Assembly (NCBI RefSeq): GCF_000181795.1
Contig: NW_003526948.1
Span: 207,006-271,005, forward strand
Source: Trichinella spiralis
Taxonomy: Eukaryota
Length of the DNA: 64,000 nt
Reading direction: 5' to 3'
Shown here piece after piece: positions 38,501 through 54,879 of the stretch. The position numbers and the translations under genes were made by a program. The notes beneath the pieces are model-generated. The model worked only from the letters and a program-made list of their open reading frames with translations, was not told the DNA's origin and searched no databases. The stretch's first letter is position 1. Each line of letters begins with the position of its first letter.

Positions 38501-40994
38501 TGAAAAGTTAAACGTTGATTTCAACGAAGTCATAACAAAAGAGGCGTCGTTTGCATTGTCAGATCTCGCAACCTGAAAATAAACCCACATGCATGGAGGC
38601 GTGTAATATTTCAATTTTGAAGTATGAATATACAAATGAGAAAATTTGAAAGTAATTTACCAGAATTCAAATACAAAAACAACTGAAACTTACTTCGAGA
38701 AAACAAACAGATTCAGACTGAGAAGCAACTTTGTAACAGTCATAACCAAATCGGTATAAAATTCTTTTCCAAACGGGATCGCTGAAATTACAGGAATGCT
38801 TTTGTACAACTAAACTACCATCGCTGAACAAAATGAGAATGTCCTGCAAAAATTGAAAACTTGTAGAAAAGCAATAAGAACCAAAAAAAGAGAAAAAAAC
38901 ACTATTGCCTGGCTATTTATCCAAGCAACTGAGACAGGACGGAAAATGTTGGCAGCCTGTGCTTCAGGTGTTAACATCTAAATCAACAATAAATAAAAGC
39001 TTTTTTTAACCTCTTATATAAATGTGTTGACGAACGCAAAAATTAAAATTACATTAAACAACATATACATACCGTTTCAGCTAAAAACACGTTAATCACC
39101 TTAAGTGAAAACGTGTGACATACGATTATGTCATTGAATGATGTGAGACAAACGAGAAGAGGTTTCTTCTCACAAAAAGAAACATCCACTATAAACCCCT
39201 AAAATTTAATAAAATTAAATCAGCTTTTCTTTAATCAAAATATAAAATCTAACTTTTTTTCTCCACTTATTGGACGCTGAACTTGACTGTGCCGAAGCTT
39301 CCTAAAACATAAACAAAATCACCATAAAACTGAGCATACACTATATGCAACAACATATGATAAAAACAACATACGATGCAGACTGTATCTCTGCTTCAAC
39401 AAATAGCTAATTTACTTTTCAGAAATACTTTGAACATTTTCATCTCAAAACAAAAATGAAGAAATCCCCTTAAATATACCTCATCATCATCATCAGTATT
39501 ATCATTATTATTCTCTTGTACTTCAAAAGGCACCAAATAGGGTTCACTGTCGACTTCTCTCCAAATGTGCAAACCGACTCCCACGCCGCTGAGTACACCG
39601 TCGCGATTAAATGCTGATCCTGTGATGAACGCTGGACAGTCCATGTCCTGAATCATCGACATGAAAGTAAAAGGCGACATAGCAGATGCTGACAGATCAG
39701 TGCAAAACATTCGCTCATAGCCGTTTTGGCGCCTACAAAAAATTAATAAAATCATCTCGACGAATATCAAGGCCTAAACATCTCAGCCAATACCCGATAC
39801 GGTAGCAGCGCAAGAGACCTTTGTATTGCAGAACATACAAAACATCGCTCCTAAAATTAATACGCACTTGCAGCACCCTCAAACTATATTCACACTCAGT
39901 CGCGCATAAAACTCTGTTCACAGTTTACCAAAAATAAATCAACTTACCAATTTGCTTCATTATACACCTTCCTGCATACCACAGAAGAAATAGCATCCTT
40001 GGGATTGAAATGCCGAACATCATATTCTTCCTAAAATATAGTACAAAAATAAGAAGAAGCTATTGCCTAATTAAGTTAATAAGTTTGAAAAAATAATTTA
40101 CAATTTGGATGGAAAAACAATGATACGCAGCGGTATTAAAGACATCAATTTCTGGTGAACTGCGAATCATCAAAAGCAGGTCATCCCATGAGTTCCATGA
40201 TAATTTACCCCATTTTGGAAAATTATCTTTAAAAGCTAAATACAAATTGAATAAATAAATTTGGTAAACATAAATTTCTTAGGAGTTTACCTATACAGCG
40301 ACAAGACTTTTCTTTATTGATGATATTCCTGAAAATAGTAAAACTGTAATAACCGTACGGCAAAAATCAGAGAAAACATACCGAATCTCCAATCTCCCGG
40401 CAAAAAGCATTGCAATATACGATTCATCGCTAAAAATATTTCATTATTAAAGCACAATCACTGAACAATTAACAAATTCAATTCACTTTATTCAAAAACT
40501 TCTAGGTGGTAAAATTAATAAACAAAAATACGCACCTCGTAACAGCAACTTTACAGTCGCAATTTTTGCTAATCTGCCATTCTAAATCTCGGTAAATACT
40601 TTCCACAGAACAAAATTTTCTCAACAAGCCTGAAACATAAAATGCATCCACCATGAATCAACACTCAAAAAACGATAATCGACCAGAAATAAAAGAATAC
40701 AACAAATACATAATTTCTAAAAGAAGTAAAACACAATAAATGCATTTTTTCTTCTCCCAAAATCACACAATAAAAAATGATGATTAGAAATCTGAATATA
40801 AGATAACAATTAAAATCTCCATTACCTGCTAAATAAGATCTTTCCTTCTCATTATCAACATCCGCATCTGCCAACGTGCGTGCACTTAATACTGATAAGG
40901 CAAAAAATTCGGCATATATATGCTGACTTTCCTCATCATCCGATGAATGTCCACATTCCTCACTGTACGAAACATTCGCTGACGGAAACTTCAT
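29568..40994 (-). CDS. smgl-1: NBAS / neuroblastoma-amplified sequence (Sec39 domain; ER tether and NMD factor), many exons
   Basis: Exon peptides resemble NBAS in the correct order: YKQFWQESRFNRNAIEHFL, DELWCLKQCTEQVP, RLLIASSIPEGED..HFLP, VNWYEWRSKEIE..LPELAENILTFAVENG (Sec39), EFFKDEEYRRKIVLGWA, ISQWEISMAHLEFLF, RVNVLPLIDGTDYNTLMLYFGIL. ATG 40994, stop 29568. Internal exon boundaries were not all resolved. Confidence 0.85.
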
Positions 40995-42580
40995 TTTCAA
41001 TTCACTCAATCAGAACTGAGCGTTCTTTTCAAGTCAAACAACTACGTTAAAGAATAATGTCAACTGTATATGGAATTCATTCTGAAAATAAGACTACAAA
41101 TTCACCCTAAAGAATAACAAATTACAGTAACCAAATAAAAACCTGAACATCCCTTACTTACGAAAGTTGGAAACAAAAATACTACCTAAACAATAATCTT
41201 ACACTAGTTGATTACAACTATTCAAATTGTCATAAAATTATAAAACATATAATTAATTCGGCAATTAATATGAACAGACCAAATTTATGCCAGCCGTAAG
41301 TAACTGAATGTAGAATTCGCTGAGCTCAAATAATAATCTTATAATAGTCAAATGTAACATTACAAAACATTTACAATAAATAAACATAACAAACTTATAA
41401 AAAACGAAGAAATCACTTTACATACAACATATGAAAACTCAAGTAACTCTTACTACGCATTTATGTAAAGAATATGATTTACTTTTTAGCTGTTAATATT
41501 TCTCAAATAACATCTACAGTAAAAAATGCAATAAGAAAATTACAGCATTCAAAAAACAATCCCATCGTTTGACAGAATCATCGAAATAACCATACCGAAA
41601 CATGCGGTTTAAGACAAGATTTTTAATTTAAGCATTACTCTTTAAAATCCTATTTCACAGTAACTTCCAACCTACACAGAAAGATCACACTTAAAAAACA
41701 ATACCGTACAAAAGACTAAATGATCTTAGATTTACATTCGTACCCTAACTTCTTCCATCAGTATTTTACTGATGCATAAAAACATTTACATCTATGCATT
41801 TCAAAACATTAATATTTTAATTAGTAAAAAATTAATGTAAATATCTAACTATGAGATTCTTACCCAATCAAACACGTGAAAAAAATTCAAGTGATGAAAA
41901 GGATGGGCAAAACTGAAATCATTTCAACTGCAGTAGTAAACTTAAATAAATTTATAGATACTGATAAATAATGAACTTATCACAGATGAAAAACAACACA
42001 GCTATCAAATGAAACAACAAATATTACTCACACACAGCAACTTGATGAACTACAAGTATCAATTTAAACTGGAACCAGTTGTTGAATAAAATAGTTTACT
42101 CGGAAGTGTAATTAATGCTTTTTTTCATAAAGTTCAACATCACGTAAATTTTTAAAATATTAGTTATTGGTTGAATTTCAATAATCGACCCACATTTGAT
42201 ACAGTAAAGTACAGTAAAATAGAAAAGTAAGCGTCATTCTTAACTGGCTGTTTTAAAAAGCCACTGCGCAATGTGCCTGCCTACCCAGCCATTTATATTA
42301 AACATAAAGACATGAAAAACAGACAATGAAAGAGAGAAAAAACAATTGTTTTTGTGACTGAAAAGTGTGCCTGCATTTTTATTTTACTTTACGATACTGA
42401 TTTGGTTTTTAATGACGAAATAAGCATTGACATGCATGTTCCAAAATTAGTTTTGAATAAATATAATGATTAAATCGATGAATTTTTCCTTAGAACAATG
42501 CAAATAATTTATTTACATTTTCATGATAGCTATTGCTCAAATGCATAATTTAAGAAAGAATTTTAGACAATGATACTTTT

Positions 42581-42902
42581 CCACGTCAGCCTTATCAGCC
42601 ATTTCCAATATAATCATTTATTAAGCTGATACAGCCTATTTAGCGTAAACAAGGTCTGAAAGCTAAGAATTACACAATAACGTTAACGCCGCCTACTGAA
42701 AAATTGCAAACCTGATTTTCATCAACCGAAGAACTGTCATATGTGACGTCATCAATGGAAAATACTGTAGAAAATGGAAATTTTTGAATAAATCACACTT
42801 AACAGAAATAAGATTCAATAATTAATGTATTTACTCATTAGTTTATTTATAAGAGTAATACTTTATTTTTGAAATATTTATGGTAAGCAACTATGACGCA
42901 AT
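42581..42902. promoter_or_regulatory. Cluster of bZIP-type motifs in the NBAS/SKI2 divergent intergenic region
   Basis: CCACGTCA (TGACGTGG on -) at 42581-42588, TGACGTCA at 42744-42751, ATGACGCAAT at 42893-42902. Confidence 0.3.
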
Positions 42903-43208
42903 AATTGTTAGTGGATTACTTGTTAATTTTTAAATTAACCAAAATTAAATAAATAGACAAATAAATTGATTTATTAATGTTAATATACTATAATTATGAA
43001 AATATATAATTATTTGCAATGGTTTATTGTTTTTTTATTAAAATAATTTTCATGAAAGAAAACTTTATCATGAAAATCACATTTGTAATACGGTACGCGT
43101 CAAGTGCTAACGAAAATAATATTGTTCTGCGTTTAATTGTTATATTTGTTGTTCACTGTGAAAGTAAAGTACAAGCGGTAGTGTTTTATTTTTATAGCAC
43201 TGTTGATT

Positions 43209-46200
43209 ATGGAAATTAATAATGGGAAAGAAAATTTTAAGAATCCGTTTCAGTCGTGGCTTTCAATTACCCAAAAGCATGAGCTCACAATTGAAGCTAA
43301 AGCACTGGTTATAGATGAAGTGTTGAAGGAATGTTGTGTTTCATCTGTGAGGTATAGACTTTTGAATTTTCTTTTTTCTTAACTAATCTTGAATATATTA
43401 GTTGTTTGGAAGCCGACGAAGTTGCAGAATATTACGATACGAGCTTTGAACAGGTTTCTTCGTTTACGACTGTTGATCGTGATTACAGAACAGGTGCACC
43501 TGTTGATATTATTGAAGTATGCTTTGCTTTTTTTATTATTTTTTTAATTTTACATGTTTAAAGCGTGCATTATTTAATATTTTGTGTAAATTTATTTATT
43601 TAACTTTATGTAATTTAATTTGATGCGTAATATTTTGTTACAGAAAGTTGTTTACATATGTTATTTAAAATATAGTTGATTTAGTGATCTATTTCTACAG
43701 TTTTTGAATATTTAAAATAATATTACATTTAACCTAAAGATTTTTCCCATGCATAAATTCTTGTATCTGACAATGAAATGTGCTGATAAATAGCGTAATT
43801 TTTATTATTGTTAATTTGGAATATATTATTGAGATTCAGTGAAGTTATTAGATTATCGGTTTTTTTGCAGCCTTTACCAAGTGACTCTGATAGCCATACT
43901 ACACCTCCACTGGATTTCACAAGAGAGTATAACAGAAATTCAGCTGGAGTTTTTGGCAATCCACAATCAGTTCCTTTTCTTCCAGGCAAATATTAAGCTA
44001 CTGAATTGTTGTGTCGACTGTTTTAATTTCTTGGTGTTCCATATTTAGGAGGAATGGAGGAAGATGTACAAAAAAGGAATTCAAAAGCGAAAAACAACAA
44101 TGCAGTATATTATACAGGTTTTATTTTTTTAATGATAATTTTTATTTTTTGCACAAGCGTTTTCAGGAGAATATTTGACGTGTGCGCCAGGATTATCTCG
44201 TGGCTGTAGCTTTAATAACAGTGAAAGTGAATTGTCAAGTGAAGAAGAAAGCGGTGATGACGAAGGAAAAGTTACTGTAGTAAAATCTGATGAACAAGCT
44301 GTTTTACTGAATGAATATCCAGCGGTATGCGTATATTAAAACATAATTATTTTTAATATTTTGCAAGTAAAGAAGCAAAGCTAAAAATTTATTTAGTATT
44401 GCGCAGTTATAAATCAAATCAGTTGTGATGTGGTTTAATTTTACGCTTTTTAGAATGAAAAGAAGACAGAAAGCACGGTTATTGAAGACAAGCGTGAAAA
44501 TGAGAAAGTAATCGAATAGTTTAGGGAACGAATTAATTTATTAAATAATATTTGCTTGTTTGAAGGAGGAAACTGTGAAAGAAACGAAAGCACAAAAGAA
44601 TGAAGTAATGAATATTTTTTTAGTACTCTTTTTATAACGATGCCTTTTTTGTTTAAATTTAGGCGCCGATAGTAACCGACAATCATCTACACAACGATGA
44701 AGCTTTGAACGTTTGCATGCCAATAATGGAATTGCTTGAGATTATATTATGTGTTTCTTTTTTAAGGAGCTGTATAAAGATCGAGCGTATTATTATGCAA
44801 GCTGGACGGAAAGTGAAGAATCGTTGGCGGCATTTGAATTATTGAGACCGAGAATGGCTAAAACTGTATTTTAAAATGCTTACTTTCTTCATGCATAATA
44901 GGATGAGTGATATTCAATGCTTATAGTTTCCATTTGAATTGGATCTTTTTCAAAAGCAGGCGATTCTTTGTTTGGAATCTGGCGAAAGTGTATTCGTAGC
45001 CGCTCACACTTCTGCAGGTAAAACTGTAGTGGCCGATTATGCCGTTGCGCTTGCACATCTGAATATGACTCGGTAAGCCGGTGAAGGTTTCCATGCAGAA
45101 TTTTTTTGAGAAAATTAAAAATATCTAACAAATTAATCGGCCGTTGTTGTTTATTTCGCTTTGTAGGGTTATTTATACTTCTCCAATAAAAGCACTGTCG
45201 AATCAAAAATACAGAGATTTTAAACGTGACTACGATAATGTCGGCATTGTAACCGGAGATGTTCAAATGAACCCGGATGCATTTTGTATTGTTATGACGA
45301 CGGAAATTTTAAGGTGAAGAAATGATTGGAAATTGTTCAATTTTCGTATTTTATATTGCTTTTCAATCAGATCGATGCTTTACAACGGATCAGAAGTACT
45401 TCGAGAATTGGAGTGGGTAATTTTCGACGAAGTGCATTATGTGAACAATCCTGAAGTGAGATGCGCCTTTTTTTCTTGTGTTTTGTCGTTGTTGTTTGAA
45501 AATTAATCTGTTTTTCTTTTTGAATACGTAATTTTCTGTAGCGTGGTGTTGTTTGGGAAGAAGTTATCATAATGCTACCCAAACACGTCAAATTGATCTT
45601 ATTAAGTGCCACTGTTTCGGATGTGATGGAATTTGCAGAGTGGATTGGGTAAGTTTCAGCTTTTCCTGACATTGTAAAGGAAACTGGCAATATTTTGAAT
45701 TAATAACTGGTGATAAAAAGAAAAAGAAAAAAAAAACAAATAAGTTCCATTATTTTATACTTGCAATAATGTGATTTGAATTATAGGCGAATTAAACAGC
45801 GGAAGATTTTTGTGGTCAAGACGTCTAGTCGTCCAGTTCCTCTGGAGCATCATTTGGTTTGGAAAATTTAGCAAATTATTTCTGTTTTAAAATTGATTTG
45901 TAAAGTTACTTTATGTTCAGTATTTGGGAGATATTGGAACTACGAAGAATGTTCAGATTCAAATTGTGGATAAGGACGGTAATTTCTTGGCGGAAAAGTA
46001 AGTTGAAGAAAGTTTAGTGTAAATGTGGGTTGTTGTGCAATGGAGTTATGATGATGCGGTTTAGTTTTGATCATGCGGTTCGACAGAAGGAAAATTCAAA
46101 AGCAGCCACCAGTTACAAAAATATTTACAAGCCTTATACTGGAAGCGGAGCGGCGGTAATGAAATTGACATGTTTCATATTTTAATGCACCATATAAATA

Positions 46201-48847
46201 TGTTATTTTATTTTGTAAGAGAATAAGCGTTGATTTTTTTTGTATTTCGATGGATGATTATTTTATATATGTATATATATTTGTGTGTGTTTGTGTGTGT
46301 AAGTTGAATTGTAATTTTTTAGGAGAAAAATTTGTGGTTATCACTGATTCAGCATTTGAAAGAAAAATCCTTATTACCTATGGTAATATTTGTATTTTCG
46401 CGGAAAGTGTGTGACACGTTGGCCCTGATGTTGCTGAAGTCTTCGTTGGATTTGACTACATCTAGTGAAAAAAGGATTATTCGTAAATTTTTCAAAAAAT
46501 CCATTTCTAAGCTGAGTGCAAACAATAAAACACTTCGCCAAGTATGAACCGAAGAGATTTTTGTTTTCAATTTGCTTCTTTAACACCGATGCATTAATAA
46601 TGGATTCGTCGATTGAATTTGCCTATAGGTGACACAACTGCAGAAGATGTGTCAAATTGGTATTGCAGTTCATCACAGCGGTGTATTACCGCTGATGAAA
46701 GAAATTGTTGAAATGCTGTTTCAAGAAGGTCGTGTTCGGGTAATATGATAAGTTGTGGGGGAGGGGAAATTTAAATTTGTTTTTCTTTTGTTCATAATTC
46801 TTCAACGTGCAGGTTCTTTTTGCAACCGAAACATTTTCCATGGGTATAAACATGCCGGCGAAAACGGTCGTATTCAACAGCATCGACAAGCACGACGGTC
46901 GCACAGTACGCCTGCTAAACCCTGGGGAATATACCCAAATGGCCGGTCGAGCTGGCAGGCGTGGTTTGGACTCCAGTGGCACGGTGATTTTGCTGTGTCG
47001 CGATAAAATACCGCACGTTAGTGATTTGAGAACCATGATTTTGGTTAGTAATTTATATTTATAATTATAATAATACTGTATATATATATATATGTGTGTG
47101 TGTGTGTGAATTGGCTGTTGTTGTGAATAGGGAAGTTCTCCACGGATCGAATCGCAGTTTCGTGTGACGTTTACGATGATTCTGAATTTGCTTCGTTGTC
47201 AGCCGCTGTCGCCTGAAATGATGTTAATGCGAAGTTTTGTGGAAAATTTGTCGTTTCGTGACATCATGGTGTTGAACAGAAGTATCGAAACGTTGATGGC
47301 CGAACAGAACGAATCCCAATTTGCCAACTGCGTTCTCTGCTCACAGGGGAATATCCAAAAATTTTACCGCGTTGCCGAAGAATGTTATGAAGTGGCGCGT
47401 TGTATAATTTGGAACGTGACCAAACTTATCGGTACGTTCGATTTGTTGGTGCTTCAGTTGTTGATTTGATTTTTTTTTAATATCTTTTTCATTCACAGAA
47501 CCAGGCATGGTGATTGTTGTTCAGCTGTTGGACAAATGGCTCTTGGGGTTGGTTTTGAAGAAGCATTTTTACAAAAATGATTGGATATTTGAAGTGTTCG
47601 TCCCGTACAGAAATTTGAAACCGAAAAATGACAAATTGACACCAGACGAGCGGTGCAATCAATTTCTGTTCTACAGCACCGAGTTGGAGTGTAATCTCGT
47701 CGAGCCGGATTTTCGCTATTATTCGATTCTTGAATTTTCTCTGTCGAGCATTGTGCATCTTAGTAACGCCTCATTTTCTGTCAGTAATCATCAAATTTTC
47801 GACGACTGGGGACTATCCCAGAATAAGCACAACGAATGTGAAAATAATGCTATTTTGGACCTGATAAGGAATTTGTACGGCGTTTATCAATATTACAAGT
47901 CCAACGGGACGCGGATGCGCGTTCCACTGGAATGGTGTTCATTGCGAAACGCCCGGCTAGACATTACATATCTTAATCGTTTGCGCAGTAGTGCGGTGAA
48001 ATTTCGCTGCTTCTGCTGCGACAAATTTAGGGAACATTTTTACGAATTGTACCGAATTGAAGAAAAGCAGGCCGAAGTGGACGACATGAAAAGAAAGGTG
48101 GACTGCTTTAAATTGAGATTAGGCCCTTCGTACGAAAAGAAGCGAGCGGTGCTTCGTATGATGAAGTATATCGACTATGGTGATGTTATTCAATTTCCCG
48201 GCAGAATTGCGTGTGCAATCAATCAGAATCCGCTGCTATATTCGCAGCTACTGTTGAACAACAAATTCGCCGACGTTACACCCGACGAAGTGGCAGCCAT
48301 TTTAAGCGCCTCGGCCTGCCAGTACAAGTGTAAATTTATTGCTTTCCATGAACCGAGACTGCACGAAGTAATTTGCATTTTTCATTGGGATATGCAATTT
48401 GAATATGCAGAAAAAAAACTCTGTTCAAATGATCATGTTTTGTATTTTTACAGCTAATGAATATGGTCCGCGATATGGATAGACGAATTCGTCTCGTGCG
48501 TGAAAGATGTGATGATGTCGATGATGACATTGACGACCAGCTGAACTTCGGCTTGATGGAAGTCATACAGAAGTGGTCTCTTGGCATGGTCAGTTGTCGA
48601 TTTTTGTTGTTGTTTGATCAATTTTTATTTATTCTCTTTTTAGCCTTTTGGAGAACTGTTGAAAATTACCGATGCTCAGGAAGGTGCGATTGTTCGATGC
48701 ATACAACGTGTGTGCGAATTATGCCGTGATTTGAAAACTGCGAGTTCGCTGATGGGCAATTCCACGTTGACTACTCTGTTAGATGATACAATGAACTCAC
48801 TGAAGCGTGATATTGTTTTTACGGATAGTTTGTATCTGACCGTGTGA
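43209..48847 (+). CDS. skih-2: Ski2/SKIV2L DExH RNA helicase (cytoplasmic exosome cofactor), many exons
   Basis: [97 protein letters not shown] and the DSHCT end [12 protein letters not shown]. An N-terminal Ski2_N-like segment ([14 protein letters not shown]) favours Ski2 over Mtr4. Confidence 0.92.
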
Positions 48848-51800
48848 AGATCGTAGAATGTTTCGTTCAGTATTTATATTTATTTATTTATTTATTTATT
48901 CAGACTGTTCAGCGCTTTTTTTTTGCTTTGTGTTCTCACCTTTGTCAGTGTTTCATTTTTGAAAAGCTATACCCGAAGAAGAAAAGCTTGCTTGCAACTG
49001 TTATTTGCAGAAGTACCAGGAGAGAAACAACATTGAAATGTTTCCTTTTTCACGCTGAATAGTGAATAATTGCAGTCATTTGCTTGATCAGTTTTTACTA
49101 TGAATGGAAAATAAAAGGAACGAAACAAACGTTTTCTTATTCTGTTGAAAATTCAATCCAATCAATACAAATTCCACGCTGAAGCGTTGAAAGGATTTTT
49201 CATTTTTACTCGTTTTCCTTCTTCTGCTTCTATGCTTTCTTCAATTGGCATTATAACAATCAGTTCGAAGTTTGAATCAAAAAATATTTTACAAAATACA
49301 TAAAAAGCATGTATTTCTGCACCATTTTCAAATATCATCTTACTTTTCTTTTTTACTAGTTACAGTATACCTGGTTAAGCAACTTTTTTGTAAGGAAATT
49401 AAGTTCCATGAAATGCATACCGATATGTTGATGAATTTTATAATTTCAAGCTTTCATTTTGTTATTTGTACAATAATTTGAATTTTTTTTCTAATTGATG
49501 AAGTTTGTACTCGATATCTCAACTTTTGACATTATTCAATAACTTTGAAAAAAGCTTAAAAAGTTTACTTTTGAAATGAGAAGAATATGGAAATTATTTT
49601 GCTTATTATTCAATATTTTGAAACGGTAACGTTGTTGCTGTTGCTGCTGTTGCTGCTGTTCTGTACTTTGCAAATTTTTACATGATGTTAAAATGCTGTT
49701 GATTCGTTCCTTGAATATTGCAAGGTGAAGTCTGGATTTGGTGACGCGCAATAAAATTTAGAGCACGCTTCGCATTTCATTTGTCACTTGATGCTGATTA
49801 TTATTGCTAAAATTGGATACAAGTGAAGGGGCAAATTAGAAAGATAACTTGTCCTCTGTTGTCATTTTCATTTTTGCATAAATACCAGGTCAAACTGCTC
49901 ATCATTCAACTTGATCTGAAAAATATTAAATTTTTATTGACAAAAATTCCAAACTATTCTGTTAGTTCGATATTATTTGTGGTCAATTATGTCAATTGGA
50001 AAACCAAACGAACCAAAAAAAGTTGTATTTGAATAAAATTGTGAAATGATTAACAAGTTAAACGAATGCAATGAACTGTGTGAAATGCAAATCATCTATG
50101 ACAGTTGTATTAAAAATGTTTGTATGCAAAAAAATTAATTGAAGTCATCAGCTTTAACAGTCGTTCATTTCAAAAGACAATATTCTCAAATGCACAGACA
50201 ATTTTCTTTCTGACTACATCTGCAGCTTCATATTGACCAAGGATGAAAGGGTGGGTGGGATTTTTTCAGGTGCAACAACGATGAATTATGCATAAAATTC
50301 CCCATTTGAACGTAGTGAATCCTGAACTGGCACGCCTTCACAAAACTTTTAAATGAATCATTGATTTCGGTAAATGGTTTCTGTCTGACCTTCATCATCT
50401 TTCTCAAATTTTGTTCGGTGATCAGTGAATCTTGTTCCGTTTCGATTTCCTGTTTAAAAAGATAACCACGCATCGTATTCCTTGTGGAATTTTCCCTGAG
50501 GGGGATTGTCTGCCGTAAATTTCAAAGCACTGCTTACAAACTGGATACCGACTGAGGAACCTACTTTCATATCCATACTGCGTGTCGTACTGGCAACTAT
50601 GCAGCTAGGTTAGCAAGTTATGTTTAATCTGTTGACGTTTTGCAAAAAGTTTACACCTGGTGTGAAAAAGTGTGTAGGTAAATTTTTAAATCAAACGTTC
50701 ATCAAATAAATATTTAAATCCGAACTAGCTGTACGCTAATCAATGAGAAAAATATGCAAAATATGGCTTGAATGTTTACAATGTTGGATTGTTAATCAAG
50801 TAAGCAAATAAAATGACTTATTTATTTGTAGCTTGGATTGCGAAAGTCTTGTAATAAGGTATTCAATTTGTTCATGACAAATTCTCCGTTCAAATTTGTA
50901 ATAAAACAAAAATGTGTACTGTATATAATATGCAAATTTCATATTTGAATTTCAAATTTTCTATTCAATAAACTACTGAATTAGAAAGCTTATTTACAGC
51001 ACATCCGCTTCATGCACAATAAATTGTGCAGTTCATTTGCAGTGACAGTGATAACTGAATAGCTTCATTAACTGCAAAAGATCTACTATAGAGGTGCTAA
51101 ATTAAAATGAAACAAAAAGGTGATACATATTTTAATATGATTTTGTTCGTCAAAGCGGTTTGCCTTTGCATACTTGAGCACTTTTTTGATTGATAAAATA
51201 TCTTTTCACTACTTTCAAATGACTTTTGATTTGAAAATTTATTCCTCTTTTTTCCTCCTATTTATTCAAATTGCCCAGCACTTTCACCGACCTTTGCAAT
51301 GTCGTTTCAACAGTTTAATGTTTCATTTTTGTGCAACATTGACCCGTTTAGTTCTTTTTTACCAACAAACGGACATGCTTCACTTTGTTCTGCATTTGTT
51401 CTTCAGCCGACCTTGATGGTGTTATCTTCCAAGCAGTTGGCATATCCTTAATATTCATTCCACATCTAAAAATATCTCATAATACAATGAGCTTTTCGCA
51501 TGATGATTTAAATTTTTGGTTTTTTTGTTTTTTTCGATGAACATGAAAAAATAAATTTTACAAAAGTACAGTAATCCTTTTTTAATTACTGTAAGAAATT
51601 GTAAAAATGAAACAATTTGATTTAGGTGACAAATTAAAAAAAATATAGCCTTAGAATATTGTTTTCTCTTTCTTTTTTTATTAGAATTTCTTTAGAACTT
51701 TAATTATGCATAATATGTAAGAATATTTGAACATTTTTACGGGAGCATCCGGGATAGTTTTTTGTTGTGCTATTACAGTGCTGATAAGTTGCATTGATTT

Positions 51801-52916
51801 GTGAGCAAAATGTGCAATTTTATTCAAATAATGTTATATCGGACTGACCAGTGCTCTTGAAGTACGGTGACACTTTGTGCCACTTATTTAAGTTGCTTCT
51901 AAGACGCGGCTATAAATTTACAACTGAAATTAATCTGCAATTAATGAAGAATGATGCGTAGCATTTTATACATAAAAATGAAGAAAAACACCCATAACCT
52001 TGTTCAACTGAGGAAGGAGAAGTGCGTATAAAAACCAGCCACTCTTTGCATTGATTTCATTTCATGAGAAACAGAACATTTGTCAACGACTAGCTAAAAT
52101 CATCTGAATTTACTGTCTCTATATTTTGTCGTCAAGTTCGAATTCATTCAGCTGAATCGGTGATATTTATTTTTTAATGCATATTTTTCAGCGATGCATA
52201 TAGGATATTTTTGCTGACATTGCTGCATCTGTACTTGTATGGTCATGCCTAAGGTAAGAAAAGTAAGTTTTACATTTTGTAAAAGCACACTTATTCAGCA
52301 ACAGCTTGACAAATATTTTAAATAATAAATAGCATTTTAACATATATTCATAAAATCACTGATTCCAAATTCAACGAATGTTTCATTTTACTGTAATGTT
52401 CTAAACATCTGAACGTATAATCAGTTTTGAGAACATTCTGTAAAATAGTATTAATTCTACAATTGGCTGACATTGTATGTTTATCAATAATGGAATAAAT
52501 GAATATTCTTCATTCACGGTCAAATGATAAGCGTATGGGAAAAGCCGGCGTGGAACAGCGATGTTCACTGGTTGCACAAAAGAGCGAATTTGCAAAGCAA
52601 TAGGGGTCAGTTAAGAAAATTGTCCTCGTGTCAGGCACATGGCAATAGTTTGAATTACGCTTTACCGCGTCACTAAACCACTATGTCAACTCTGACTTCT
52701 TCAAGAATACATACCACTGCCATCAAGCGGTCATTTAACTGTATCGCGTCAAAGTATTCGAACGGACACACTGATGACATGGAATTTATAAATGGACAGA
52801 CAGGCCAGCCATTGCACGGTCAAACTTCGCTTTCTATATACGCGCTATTTTCTGTTTAAACGTCTTGTTCTGAGTTTTATTTTCATAATATTATAGAACA
52901 TCCACGGCCACACATC

Positions 52917-54528
<1,612 letters not shown>

Positions 54529-54879
54529 AACTGCAATGTAAAAATTTTTAAATCTTTTGACGATTACAGCTTTTGGCTATCGCACTGAGTATTATTGGAT
54601 TTTGCTAATTTTGCATATTATTTTTCTTTTTGATGCAACACTGATGCATATTTTGATGAATCAATAAAATTATGCTTAGGCGGTTGATACTTGACCTGCT
54701 CAATTGACTAAGACCAAATTAAATTCGACCCCTATGCAAATCGATTCCCTTTTTCGAGGCTATCAAATCATGCCTAAGAATAGGCTGAAAACGGGGCTCA
54801 GGTAAAGATCTTCCCTTGTAGTTTATGCTCACTCTGTTTACTACTTAGAAGTATATGAATAATTATTAATGAACTTGTG

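Noticed and set aside
38844..38908. Possible GC-AG intron in NBAS (CAG|GCAATA)
   Set aside because: An in-frame GT lies 6 nt further on, so the donor cannot be decided without transcripts.
43261..43283. TTTCAATTACCCAAAAGCATGAG resembling SL1
   Set aside because: Several mismatches, no following GT donor, and it lies inside the SKI2 coding exon 1.
49536..52260. Exon-like fragments between SKI2 and the collagen (e.g. ORF 50228-50473)
   Set aside because: Could not be joined into a consistent open gene model and had no recognisable homology. A lineage-specific gene is not excluded.
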